Part shown: positions 51,634 through 64,000 of the stretch, piece after piece
How positions within the stretch are numbered: the first letter of the stretch is position 1
Layout of the letters: every line of letters begins with the position of its first letter
Source: Saccostrea cucullata
Taxonomy: Eukaryota
Assembly: GCF_032062105.1 (NCBI RefSeq)
Contig: NW_026936399.1
Location: 372,001 to 436,000, forward strand
DNA length: 64,000 nucleotides
Direction: 5' to 3'
Translations under genes and position numbers: made by a program
The notes under the pieces: model-generated
The model's database searches: none
Told to the model about the DNA's origin: nothing
Seen by the model: the letters and a program-made list of their open reading frames with translations, nothing else

Positions 51634-54600
51634 TCAATCCGTACAGCTATTTATCACATTTTCCCCATAGGAATCCATCTCAAAACCTGTAACATAGGGA
51701 ACTGTACTTTGCGAACAGTCACTTCCTATTGAAAGTGTTCGAGAAGTATCTACAATCGCGTCACTATCACAGGAATTACTTTGTCTCTCAAGTTCTGGAG
51801 TAGGAGGACATGTGTCTAGATTTTCACAATCAGAAGCACAAGTTGAAGTGTAATTAGAACACATCACATGTCTATACCCTCCTGAGATATCCCCCGAGTC
51901 ATCATCAATCATATCATATAATGCACCGCTACCTTCCTGCTCCACTCTACTATAACTGTCAATAGGACTCGAACAGCTACTAGAAATATGAGGTAATTCT
52001 GAGGTGTGATTTACTTTCGTCTTTTCTTCTCCTGGCATTATTGACACATTGCACGTTGTGAGTTCCGAGTGTGTTTGCTTGGGTTTCTTTAACATCATCT
52101 TGAATATAAGTGTTTGTTTGTCGGAGTCAGTCGGTGTAGTAGGCGCTGAGAAGACATCGGATTCACATTTTGTTGACCCAATGCCACTACTGCTGACACT
52201 ATCTCTATCAACTTCCGGTCCTTGTTCTTCAGAAGAAACGGATTCCGGGGAACTATGAGTACCACTGTCACCCATTTCCTAAAAGAAATAATTTAAACAT
52301 CATGAGATATAAATGAAACACCAAATATAACATTTTCCAGTAAATTGATTGAAAGTTTCTGTAGATAAAAATTACATCTAAGAATATGAGTCAATGAATT
52401 TTAAAAAACCGCCCTCTTTAACTCTGAATTATTGAAAAAGTTTCTAAACGATCAGATTTTAACAAATTTCATTCTTGTTCGTTTTAAAATTTTCTATTAA
52501 CAAGTTGACTTGTTATAATGAGATATCGGCAAATAAGAAAAAGAAAGAGTGTCATTTTAAGGATGAGAGAAAAGATCAGTAATTCTAAGGTTAATCAGAG
52601 AAAAGATAAGATTACACCCTTATTTATCATTGATAAGTTCATAAAGTTTATCAAAATATTTTTTTTTACTAATCGTAGTAAATTTTATCTCATGTTTCGC
52701 ATCTTTTTGTACAAAATAATTATACAACAAAATTTTATTTAACCACCCCAAATCATATTTGTTTACTTACACGTATTTCCTTTTCTTCATCTGAAAGTCC
52801 ATTATTATATCCTGGATTCTACAAAATATATTTAGAAATCAATTTTATGATTAATTTTACCATATCAAAAGTAAAATTTATAAACACATCTAAAAAAAAG
52901 TCTGAATATTATGGTAGCGACCTGCTTATGAAGATCATGTTTTTTTTCAAAATGTTTATTGATGCTGTTGTTAACTTGCGAGTCCTACATATTGTTAGCA
53001 TGTTCATTTTAAATTCTTATATAGTTCGTGATTAATTATATATATATACATGTACAAATCAAGGAGACATTAATTAGAGCACTTTTGCAAGATATAATGT
53101 GCATAAATAAATGTTATTCAAAGTGAAATATTAACTGTTGTAAAAGTGAGAAAAATTCCTTGATAACACGATAAATCACTAGTAGATAGAGCTAATAAGA
53201 GGTAATAAAGCATGCCTTAATCTGTACTACAAAAAAGAGTCAAAAGTTAGAAAGAACCAATCGTTAAAAAGTAAATATAACTAAGGGAGAAAAAAGATGT
53301 CGAAAAGAGAAGTTCTATCAGTGCAACGGCTTTACTTACAGTATCCTCTGAGGATAGGGGCTGTTCATAAAAGTCAAATGTTTTTGAGAAATTGAAAAGC
53401 GAAATGCATTTTAAATAGAATTAGTATGGAAGAAGTGATTGAAAAGATCGTACCACATATGATTCTATGTCCGGCATCTTGATGTCAGGTTTTTCAAAAG
53501 TACATTTTCGCTTAATACAGTACGCCATGATTATTCTGTAGAAAAAGTAAAAAAAGGTACTTCAAGAATATTGAATGAAATTTTAGAACAGTATTCAGAC
53601 TTTTACAATTTAAATGAATGTAGAAAATTGCGTTGTGATATTTCTATATTTACATATCAAATATGAACTTTGGCAAATGTCTATTCGATGCAGATTTGAA
53701 ATATCTAAGTATACGCATGATGCACTGAAAATATAATAACCCTTCAAAATCTAAAACAGATAAATCACTTTGCATTATATGCTAAAAGATTAATTTAAGG
53801 AAATTGTTATTAATTCCTTCGTATCCTTGATTTCTTTTGTAAAAAAAAAAGGATGCTCTCTTTTGTATAACATACCACTGTCACTTACATTATAAACACT
53901 GCTAAGATGGACACAAGAATGGCAACTGTAATTGTTTCATCGTCAGCAATAATATCACTCTCTGATAGCATAAAAAAGAAGTTTATAAACATTGAGGGGG
54001 GTCATGACTATTTAATTTTAATTTTAATTTTGAATAAAAAAATAAAAGGTAGTATATAAAGCAAGTACATGCATTAACTTTAAATACAAGTTAAGACTCA
54101 CAATTTTTAATTCTCTTTCAATCCTTTTTTTTTTACCTTGAAATCCGACGGTTTGAATTTCGCTATACACCGTGTTGTTGTTTGCTAGAGTTACTGCCAG
54201 ACAAATATCATATTGCCCTTCAGGACTTATATTTGTTAACGATATATCTTTTACATTGTGTGTGACATTTTCTGTTCTGTTCAATGAAAAATCTGAAAGA
54301 AAATCAATAAACAATAATTTAATACTTAAGCATACGCAAGCAACTTTGAGAAAAACATTTACAATTATCCACTGTAAAAAACGTCCTTTCACTATAAATG
54401 CTAGCAACTTGCTCTGTTTGTTTATATCAAGGATACCTTAAATGGTATTTTGCGTAAAAAGGGTGGGTGAGACACGAAATACAACTTACCATTTGGACAA
54501 CTTATGTTCACATTTCTATGTTTATTATAAAAGACTTGGTAAGTTATTGGTCTGCTCTGATATTGACACACAGATGATACAAGGTCAACTAGCAGTTGTT

Positions 54601-57600
54601 GGTGACCGTTCCTCTGCAAATGTCTGGCACTAAAAGCTAATTTGAAATCTGAAATGCAAAAATTTAAACTTCGTCAGTAAAAGGTGTCTATTCTTAAAGA
54701 AATCATTCGATGAAAATTATTATCAAAAATTCATTCGAATTGCTATTTTGAATAAAATTTTATATCCATAAAATAATAAATTTTTTAAATACTAAAAAAA
54801 ATTGGGAAGGAAATTCTATGTAGGAATTTAACATATATATATTTTTAAATAAAGGTAAAACTAACAAACCGTGGTCGATCTCAAAATTATTAAAAAAGTA
54901 AAATTTAGTGAAAATGTCATGATGAAACAAAACATGGTTACACGAAATAAAATCTTAGTATCAATAGGAACATTATATAATAAAGCTTACTCTCTATACC
55001 TACCACGCTGAGAATAAAGCAATCGATAATAACATGTTGCAAATGTTAGTCCAGATGAGGTCAAATTTTCGAATTGCACAGAGACCCCAAATATCAAATA
55101 TTTGTTGTGTGCTATGTCTGTTAGATGTACACCATTCCCAGGCCTCTGGAAATCTCTCCACTCAATGTCATCCTATATAAAGATTATCTTTATTTAAATA
55201 AGATGAATATGACAATTGATTACTGAAAAAATTAGTTTGTGGAAAAGAAAATGGAAACAACTTTTGTTATCTTCCTTAACTTCTAATTTATCAATTTTTT
55301 TTTATACTTTTAACAGAGGATTTTTATTTTGATAAAGAAAAAATGGAAAGTAAAAAATTTCTCAAAAGGTTAATATAGCGAATGATATTAAATGATTTGA
55401 AATAGTATTTCATGTTCAACAATTAATTCCATAAAATAATAATAATTAATAATAAGCCGATAAAAATGATCATCTTTACAAATCAATTTTTCTGTACCTC
55501 ACACGTTTTTGGATTTTGAGTTTTCTGTGTACACCACATTATTGTCACGGACGTTATAGGTGTGACGTCATCCATCTCCCAAGTGATCCAGTAACCATTT
55601 GTTTTAATTTCTTCAACCATCACAAATAATCCATTTTCTATTTTTTTTAAAAAGCTAATGTTAATCAAAAAAAAGTAGGCATGATTTTTATACTAGATAA
55701 CTACATTTAAATAAAAATTAAATATAAACAAAAAAAAAATCTTACCTTTTTCGTTTATTAAAAGAATTGACGCATTTTCAGAAGGCCCAGCATTATTAAT
55801 ATATGTTAGTGTAGCAGTATAGTTAGAATCAGATATATCAATGGGTATCGTTAAAGATGATTCCTCAGAGGAGAAGTTTCCCGTCCATATTGTATTGCTC
55901 AATTCATCTGAGATGACCACATGAACGCCACAGTCCTCTGCATTCCAATATATTTCCTTTAATGGCTGAAATTTTAAACGAAAATTTAATCAAAAATTTT
56001 TAAAGAAAATATTAATTTATATAAGCTTTTTACATTAATTATAGTGATTTTTAATGCTATACAAAATTTTTTTGTGTGTTATCATGAAAAAAAATCACAA
56101 GCAAGATTTTTAAAAAGAATATACACTTTGGAGTGATTTTTTTGAATCAATTATCAATTAAATCCTAAGTGTGTATAACAAAAAATAATATGCAGCTTTT
56201 TAAAAACTTTCTGAAAAATATGCATTGTGTGGGAATATTTTTTTGTTTGTTAAGATTTCATAAGATTGGCATATCATTAGAAACAATGAAATTAAATTAC
56301 ATAATAATTTTTATCAATTTCACGAAATTTACCTTGTGAAACACAATAAGCCCAGTCTGATTATGAACATAGTATAGGCCTGCTGATGTATCAGGCGCCC
56401 AATATGGAACTAAAACGAATTTCGCTAAATTAATTATGATCATTAATTAAGAAACATTATCAAAAGTATATTTAATAAATAACAGTCTAGTTTTGTTGGT
56501 TCTATAATGTAATCAATCAATTTGCTAAGTTGACCATAATTGTACGCAACTGGCGTCTCGTTTGCTCTAACATCCTTTTTGAAAGATCAGATACCACCTG
56601 ATTTTGCTTGTTTCCTATTCAATTCTTTGCAATTTCATCGAAGCGAAGGTTTGAAAATTTCCAATGCTTACTACTGTATTTGCTTATCCATTAGATCATT
56701 CACTAGTAGATAGATAGAAATGAAAGAGAGCTTAAGATTAGCAATGATTCCATCGTATGACTACTATGGAGTTTACCTTGTGAAAAACAGTAAGTCCAGT
56801 CTGCTTATGAACATAGTACAGACCTGGCGATGTTTCAGGCGCCCAGTAGGGGACTAAAAATAAAATTCATTAAGTTATTTATGTGTAAATCTTCCACAGA
56901 GTTTGATTCTTATACATCGATATAAATCATAAAGACTGAAAAAAATAATAATATTTACTTTGAATATCAAATTTGAATCAAAGGTAATATATATTTTATT
57001 GAATGATTACAATAGAAAAATAATGAATTTACCATCAGGATTGGTTCGAATTTGTTTGGTTAAGACGTCACTCCAATATAAAGAACTTTCTGGTCTTGTT
57101 GTTATTTGTATTTCGTAGTTAGTGAAAGGAATACAATCCCGTAATGTTGTAGATACACTTGTATTCCTACTAGTAAATGTTATCTACATGAGAAAAAATC
57201 GCCATTTTGTAGATCTTGAAATCTTGAATACGCACGCATTAATGACTAGAATTGTGATGCAATATCCTTATAAATATGGATCGAAATATTTTGATACATT
57301 GCTAAATAATTTCTTTTAATAACTTTTCTTTTCATGTATATTACGAATGCAAATAAAGAAGATTTTCAATGATTTGTGATTGGATATGGAATTTATTTCT
57401 CGAGTGGAACAGGATTTTTTAAAGATAAATTTTCACGTGTACAAAACAGGAGTTAAAATATCCAAAAATGTCGCCTCACGAGTGAAACACATTTCATATT
57501 CAACTAAAAAGATTTATTTTTTCTGATTATTACATTGTCTTTGATTTTGTCCTTGAAAATAATATAACAGTTAATTTTCTGACAAGCTCAAATTGAAAAT

Positions 57601-60600
57601 AAGACTATATTTGTAAAATAAGTGGGGTGTCTTAGTAAAAAGAAAATGATGAAGGACTTTGCTTTGTTCATATACCCAATATATTTCTGTATACATAGAA
57701 AATAACAAAGAGAATAGCTAAAATTACCGTTCTTCGACTGCTTTTCCATGAAGCTCGGTATGTTATTCTGTAAATAACGATATCATCAATCTCTGGAATG
57801 TAATTACTAGTATAATCCTCAGGTAGATTCAGAAGTAGTTCTAGTGCGTTGATAGATGGTTTAATTGATACAAAAGGATAAGATAGTTTCACTGAAATGT
57901 AAGGGAAAAGTATGTGTGCTTATACATCAATAAATTTTTTAAATGTAAAAAACAGAGATATTTGAAATTTATTTTTAAAATTCTGAAATTAATTGTTTTT
58001 AAAGAAGATGAAAAGGAAATCATAGAATGGTATTTTTTGCACTGAAGGTTACCTATTCTAGGGATTGTTATGTTGTAGATACGACTAGCCACTCCAATTT
58101 TATTTTTCAGTGTTATATTCATGGTATAATTTGATGATGGATTAAATTTGTCCCAAAAATGTACGTTAACATTCTGATCATCAACTGAATGTAAATTGCA
58201 TCCTGTGATGAAGTAGTGTCCCCCATATTTTGTTGAAAGATTTTCAGGGCAGGGTCTGTATGCAAAAGTCCTGTTTGAAATTTTAAAAAGTACACATACC
58301 CTTTAAAAACAGTTTAAATTGTGATAACAATAAATAATGAATTTGTTTTTTTTTTCTTTCTTAAATATATTTTTATATCAATAATTGTGTATAATATTTT
58401 TCTGCAAACATATTTAAATCAAAACTCAAATCATTTTGAAAATAAAAAATTATATACATTTAAGCATATTGGAAAAAGGAAGCTGAGAGATTGGAAGTGC
58501 GGAGGGGATCATTGGTCGGGTGTAAGTTAAAAAAAAATTTAAATGACTTACTCAATTTTAATTTTTTTTAATAATATACAATGTAAAATTCTTATGAGGA
58601 AAATATTCCATTAATATCCATGCAGATTCTGGAGTCAACAATGATAAAAATTACTGTAAATGGAAATTCGGTTAATGCCTGAGTAATTTCTAACAATTGT
58701 AACACACAAGTATACATTTCAGTTAAAATAATAATTGAAACATATATCTAAAGAGACGTAAGCTTTCTAAATTTTGGAAGAATCCAACAGTGGGACATGG
58801 AGACCGGTCCTTCGGATGAGTTCGTATAAACCGAGGCCCCGTGTTGCAGTTGCTGCTGGCACGATCAAGATCCCTCACTGCTCAATGGCCCTAAGTACCG
58901 AGTACAGGACAAAATTTATAGCTCTCCACCGGCAAGTCTCCATATGAGTGAAAAATACACGAGAGGGACATTAAACAACATACAATCAATAAATTTTGAA
59001 AAAGAGAAATACCATTTTAGCCGAGTTTATCCTTAAATTGTCAATATATATTCATGTTACAATGGGTTTTTGTGTGTTTTATGGTGAATTGTATAATTAT
59101 TCTAGCAAATTTTTATAACCCCCCCCCCCCGCCGACCTGTAAATGTTATATGTAAGGAAATTTCAAAAATTTTACACATTTATATCAACATTGATTAACT
59201 AACTTTTGATCGAGGATATTGTCAATTTCAATCAATTTTGCATATTACATCGAAGTAATATTTTTTAATAGATACAAAGGATTCTTCTGAGTTTTCATAT
59301 GCAGTAAAAGGTTGCCTATGAATTTAGGCTAATAGTTTAATTGGAGACAGAATGATTATTTACCCATCTGTAAAGGTTACTGTCCAGTATGATTCAACTG
59401 AGTTATCAATATTGTTTTTAGGTACTTTCCATGTGCAATGTAAATTATTCCTATCAATTGACACACAGTTTAATTCTTCTGGTAATTGAGGTTTATCTGA
59501 AAAAAGAAAGAACAAGAAATTTGATCAATAGTTACACCAGTCAAATAACCTAAATAAATTTTTTGGGTAATAACAATTGTGATCTATTGACCTTGGATTC
59601 TCAACTTTCAATGGAGAAACTTTAACTGTCACCAACATCTGCCATCGGGAACATCAGTGTTTCAAAATACAACTTGTGTTGAGGTTGCGATTTGAAATTA
59701 CAAAAAAGTCTAAAAATTGTTAATTGTTCTGGGAAAATGGTCAATCCACCGCATGTTGACTGCTTTTCACCGAGATGATACGTAATTAGTTGAATCTTAA
59801 TACTTTGAAAATTCCATGCAAAAAAAAAAAGTTGATCATTGTTAAACACTCCGACTTTATGAAATCCTGCAGACTTGTTAGTTACAGTTACACTCAGTAA
59901 CTTTTAGAACAGCTCTCAGACTGTTATCATTTTAGACTGGGTTTGAATTGCTATAATCTAAATTTGATTCAAGACCTTTTAATATTTTATATTTTTGATG
60001 ACTTTTTATTTAGTAAATTTTCTTGTTTTATCAAGATTCAATGTTGTTTGGATTAAACCCAAAAGATGTATGTACATGCTGTGCATATTAATCTAATACA
60101 AACATAATACTTACAACCAACCATGACTTCCAAAAATGATGAGTCTTCTAAGTTACTTGAGGTAGTAACACAAATATATTCAATAAATGACCCGGTAACA
60201 ATGTTGAAATTTTGTAAATAGACTTTGGTGTTGTCATTGAGACTAAATGGTTCCAATCGTTCACAACCAACTTGTGGTAAACATTTATTTAAATGTAAAT
60301 CATAAATGGATGCGTTAGATGATCCAAGGGAACAAGATATTGGCAGTGAACTATTAACTTCTACGTAGTTTAATTTTGAGGGTGATATCACTGGAAAAGA
60401 AAAAATATTTAATTGTAAGGTTAAAATTAATTTTTTGCAATTTTTTTTATCTAATAGGAGTTAAAACTTCTAAAAATGTAATTCTTATAAACAAATCATT
60501 TACGCAAGTGAAAAAACCCAATTGGCATTTGTTACAAAATAAACAAAAATCTCAGATTGATATTTTGCTAAATTGTGTGCATAATGCATTTACTTACTAG

Positions 60601-60673
60601 TTTGTGCTAAGGTAAACATAGATGTAAGGGTCGAAAAAAGAGAAGACTGTAAGACGAATTGTGGTTTCTTCAT
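51634..60673 (-). CDS. Class I cytokine receptor, gp130/Domeless-like (signal peptide, Ig, cytokine-binding module, 3 FN3, TM, Box1), about 935 aa
   Basis: Phase-consistent GT-AG exons: 60673-60598, 60390-60115, 59496-59364, 58270-58053, 57891-57728, 57183-57033, [56853-56777 or 56409-56333], 55965-55746, 55637-55498, 55172-55004, 54648-54490, 54292-54137, 53961-53889, 53535-53454, 53360-53340, 52818-52771, 52278-51634 (2808 nt). Motifs: 'YKPQLPEELNCVSIDRNNLHCTW'; WSxWS-like 'SLYWSD'; TM 'ITVAILVSILAVFIIIIMAYCI'; Box1-like 'PDIKMPD'. Confidence 0.88.
58790..58992 (+). mobile_element. 5'-truncated SINE-like element in a receptor intron
   Basis: GC-richer block with ggtccttcggatg...taaaccgaggccccgtgt and the tail gggacattaaacaacatacaatcaat, resembling molluscan SINE 3' ends. 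Confidence 0.55.
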
Positions 60674-61664
60674 AACGATTCTGTAAAATACAAGTAAGGA
60701 AATAAAACATTAGTTTGCTTCTAAATCTACATAGATTTATTTCTAAAATTGTTGTGTGCTTTTCTTATTTTCTTTTATTTCTTTTTTGAATGTCCATAAT
60801 TCATAACTAAGTTTATCCTTAGAAATTTCAGATAATTTTTCAAATTGCACAACCTGAAAAAAGCAAGGACATTATTCTCTTCAAGTTTTCATTGCTTTTG
60901 AGTGATAAAAGAAAATAGAATGCATACAAAAGGACATAAACCAAGCCATAACTTCCTGCTTAACTCAGATTTCGTGAACTAATTTTAGATTGACCAGCAG
61001 AAATGTTTGGAAATTTAAATCGTATACTGTTGTGAAAACAAGGCAACATATTTTCTTTAAGTTCCTATAGCTTAAAAAGGAATGAAAATCGGAGGAAATG
61101 GAATATCTTTAAATGGATAATGGATATAAAAAAGTATATTGTAAAAATTGACTTTTTAATTATAATTTAATACTTTTAAAAATGTACTATTTTAACGGGT
61201 TTTAAAAAAGACATTACAGGAATTAAAGAAAACAGAAATTTTTGCTGAAAAATCTCGTTCAAATAAAATGGATCATGGTTACTTGAACTTTTGTTCCCTA
61301 AACAACAAGTTATTTTGAGTAACCTAAAATTCAAGTACATTACACTTGAGAAGATTTTGATATGTAATTTGACGTGTATCTTTGACAGGCTAACCTTAGA
61401 TTACTCATATTTCTTTACAAAAAAAATGCATAACAATGCAGTTCAGAACGAAAGAGAAAATCCTTAAAAGTCAAAGTAGCATTATATACAAAGTTATGAT
61501 AGAATTAAAAATACCTCAGAAAACACTAGCATCAGCTTATGATTGTTAACAAGTATGTATCTCATTACTCTTCGAATCATTTGTTTTAAAAATTGATAGA
61601 TAAATAATGGTAGAAAAATATTATGAAAAATACTGCATACTAAACTGTCTAACATTATTATGCT

Positions 61665-62020
61665 AATACCCCCTGCTTGAAAACTTGGAGAGTATATAGT
61701 GATTAGGATATCCGTCTGTCTGTCTGTCTGATAAGCATTGGTGTACCTATCTCTTATCCACAACTCTTCCTATACATGTACCACTGAATGAAATTTAATG
61801 CCACTTTCACAGATTCTTTGTTTAGAAGGTGCCATTTTCACCTCCTATTTTACTTCTTGATCGGAAACATATTTTGAGTTTCTCATATTAAAACATTGAC
61901 GCTGCCGTTTTTGTATGATAATGAAGGGCACCTATCTCTTATCCGTAACTCCTCCTATACCGCTAAATACAATTTTCTGATACCTTCACAGATTCTTCAT
62001 TATATAATACCATTGTGCAC
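61665..62020. mobile_element. Helentron/HINE remnant
   Basis: tacccc...gagtatat start; (CTGT)n microsatellite; two copies of tatctcttatcc-caactc-tcctatac. Confidence 0.6.
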
Positions 62021-62092
62021 CTCATTTAGTGATCCCAGTGTTCACAGTACCTCTGTTTTTACTTAAAAAGATGACAGAAGAGTGAAACTTAC

Positions 62093-62300
62093 CTGAACAA
62101 CGTAATGGCGGCTTCAACATTCTCTGTGAATATTATCGAACAATGACTGATAATTCTTATCTTTACACACATGCATGATTTGACCATTTTTCTACTAATA
62201 TTACTTTACTATCTTTTCTCATACACACAATTTTTTCCACTTCACAAAATCTTCTTATCGTAGTAAAGTTTAAATCAACAATATGAAGCACACGGCTGAA
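62093..62300 (-). other. Probable upstream (5'UTR or first) exon of the cytokine receptor
   Basis: Consensus donor CAG|GTAAGT at 62093; it would join the acceptor at 60680. Confidence 0.45.
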
Positions 62301-62519
62301 CATAGTTAGTTTCCTTGGCTTACTGTGAGAAAGAAGGGTTCAAAATTGTATGTATACAAAATTTCAAGTGATTGTATTTCAAACCACACAATGGTTGATT
62401 TCAGGGGTAAAAATTAAAGATATTTGAAAAAAAAGTCAATAGTGGAACATTTGGGATGGTAGAAATCCAAAAATCTGATGACATATGTTTGATTTGACAG
62501 GGCTATTTCCTCATGTAAA

Positions 62520-63415
62520 CATCTACATCGACACAATTGCTTTAGGTTTCACAATTCTATCATAAGGAGATATATAAGGGGTGGAGTTACATGTAGCAGG
62601 AGACTCATGCTTAGCCCCGATAGCTGGTTCCGAGATTGGTTCAACAGAATTCAGAGGACTAGACTTGACTGGAGGGTGAAGTAGAGGGTTCTGAGAAACT
62701 GACAATATTGAAATCTGGTGTATCAGGCTCAAATATTTCTTATGACTGGATCAGATATCGTCTGTTCCTCCGGTATAATGCTCCCTCAGTGCTTTTAACT
62801 GCGTATGACATCTCTTCCTCGTCTTTGGTGACTATTCCTTGTGTCCAGTGTTTCCCTTCTTATATTGTCTCCTACTGGAAGGGATGGTAGAGGCTTAACA
62901 CTGAGATCAAAGTAATCTTTCTGTTTCTTTCTTTCTGCTTCCATCAGTTCCTTAACACTGACTGGCACCTTTGGTTTTAGCTCACCTGGAACTACTGTAA
63001 ATATAAACCTTAACTTGTGACTCATTAATAGTTGGACAGGCGAGTATCATAGGCTTAAAGGCGTTGTCCTATATTCTAGTAGTCTTATATATAAACTTTC
63101 TCATCTGCCTTGCTCTTATCAAAGATTTTTTTGGTATTCTGTATTGTTTTCTTCGCTAACCTAGTGGACTGTGGATACTTTTGACTGAAAGTGGCATTGT
63201 TAAAGTCATACTTCTGGGCAAATATGGAGAAGTCCTGGCTTGCGTATTGTAGATCAATCTTCGATACGACTTTCCGTTGAATACCAAGCCTACTTCTTCA
63301 TTTTCTGTACGACAGCTTGACTGGTTGTCTTGTGTAGTGTATCTACTGTGGTAATCAACTACCAACAGGTCCTCCTGGTTGTTCCATGTGAACAAATCTG
63401 TAGCTATGTTGTCTG
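62520..63415 (-). mobile_element. Ty3/Gypsy integrase relic
   Basis: 'DLFTWNNQEDLLVVDYHSRY', 'KYPQST', 'QKDYFDLSVKPLPSLPVGDNIR' and terminal 'SPYDRIVKP'; multiple frameshifts. Confidence 0.8.
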
Positions 63416-64000
63416 CAAATGGGACAAATATATATAATATCTCTTGGAATATCGGTTTTAGCTTTATTGCGCCCTAAAAATAATGATCAAAAAGTTTTGA
63501 AACTGGCTTAAATATTAGTTAAATAAATGACTCTCATTGGCATGAAGGAGTTCGAGTTTTTCAACAGAAAAAGCCTCAAAATTGTACATTTCAAGGGTGA
63601 TTTTCCTTTAGAAAAGCGTTAATTTTTTGATAACATAACAAATCACATAACGATGCCTGTAGACCATGTTATCTGAAAGAAAATTCCTTTGAAAACTGCA
63701 ACTTTTTAAGAAAATACGGGAAAATGACTTTATGTCATAATTAGCATTTAAAACCACAAATATATATATTATATATTTTACACCAGTTTCATTTTTTAGA
63801 AAATCACAGGGCAAAATTTGTATGGAAACCATACTTTCTTCTTTATGCTTACATCATGTTTCCTTACAAGTATTTTAGATTTCAAAATTATAAACATGTA
63901 CTTGCTACGATAATGGATAAATAAAACTGAAATGTTCAAACAGCTTTTTTCATTTTTCAAAGTAGAAATGCGGATTCGTTCCGCGTCTGCCTCTAAAAAT

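Noticed and set aside
54991-55003. GTAAGC at 54990 as the donor of receptor exon 10
   Set aside because: It gives phase 2, incompatible with the next exon; GTAGGT at 55003 gives the required phase 1.

Overview
AT-rich, intron-containing, repeat-laden eukaryotic DNA. The repeat repertoire (Helentron/pearl-like elements with ACRG microsatellites, Penelope-like RT relics, Cryptons) suggests a bivalve mollusc, probably an oyster; this is inferred. Four host genes are supportable. (1) The 3' terminal exon of a WD40 protein ending in a CaaX box (+, 1-875). (2, 3) Two paralogous single-pass membrane proteins that closely resemble vertebrate KCNE/MinK potassium-channel beta subunits (-, 5244-5768 and 46971-47360). 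(4) A complete gp130/Domeless-like class I cytokine receptor with 17 coding exons (-, 51634-60673, about 935 aa), carrying a duplicated, apparently mutually exclusive 77-nt exon. Between 35.4 and 41.1 kb lies a nested transposon pile built on a Penelope-like element. It includes a fully delimitable Crypton tyrosine-recombinase transposon whose internal sequence is an inverted copy of its own end-to-end junction, and whose ORF is split by an 864-bp foldback element with a 9-bp TSD. All identifications were made by eye; no database searches were run.
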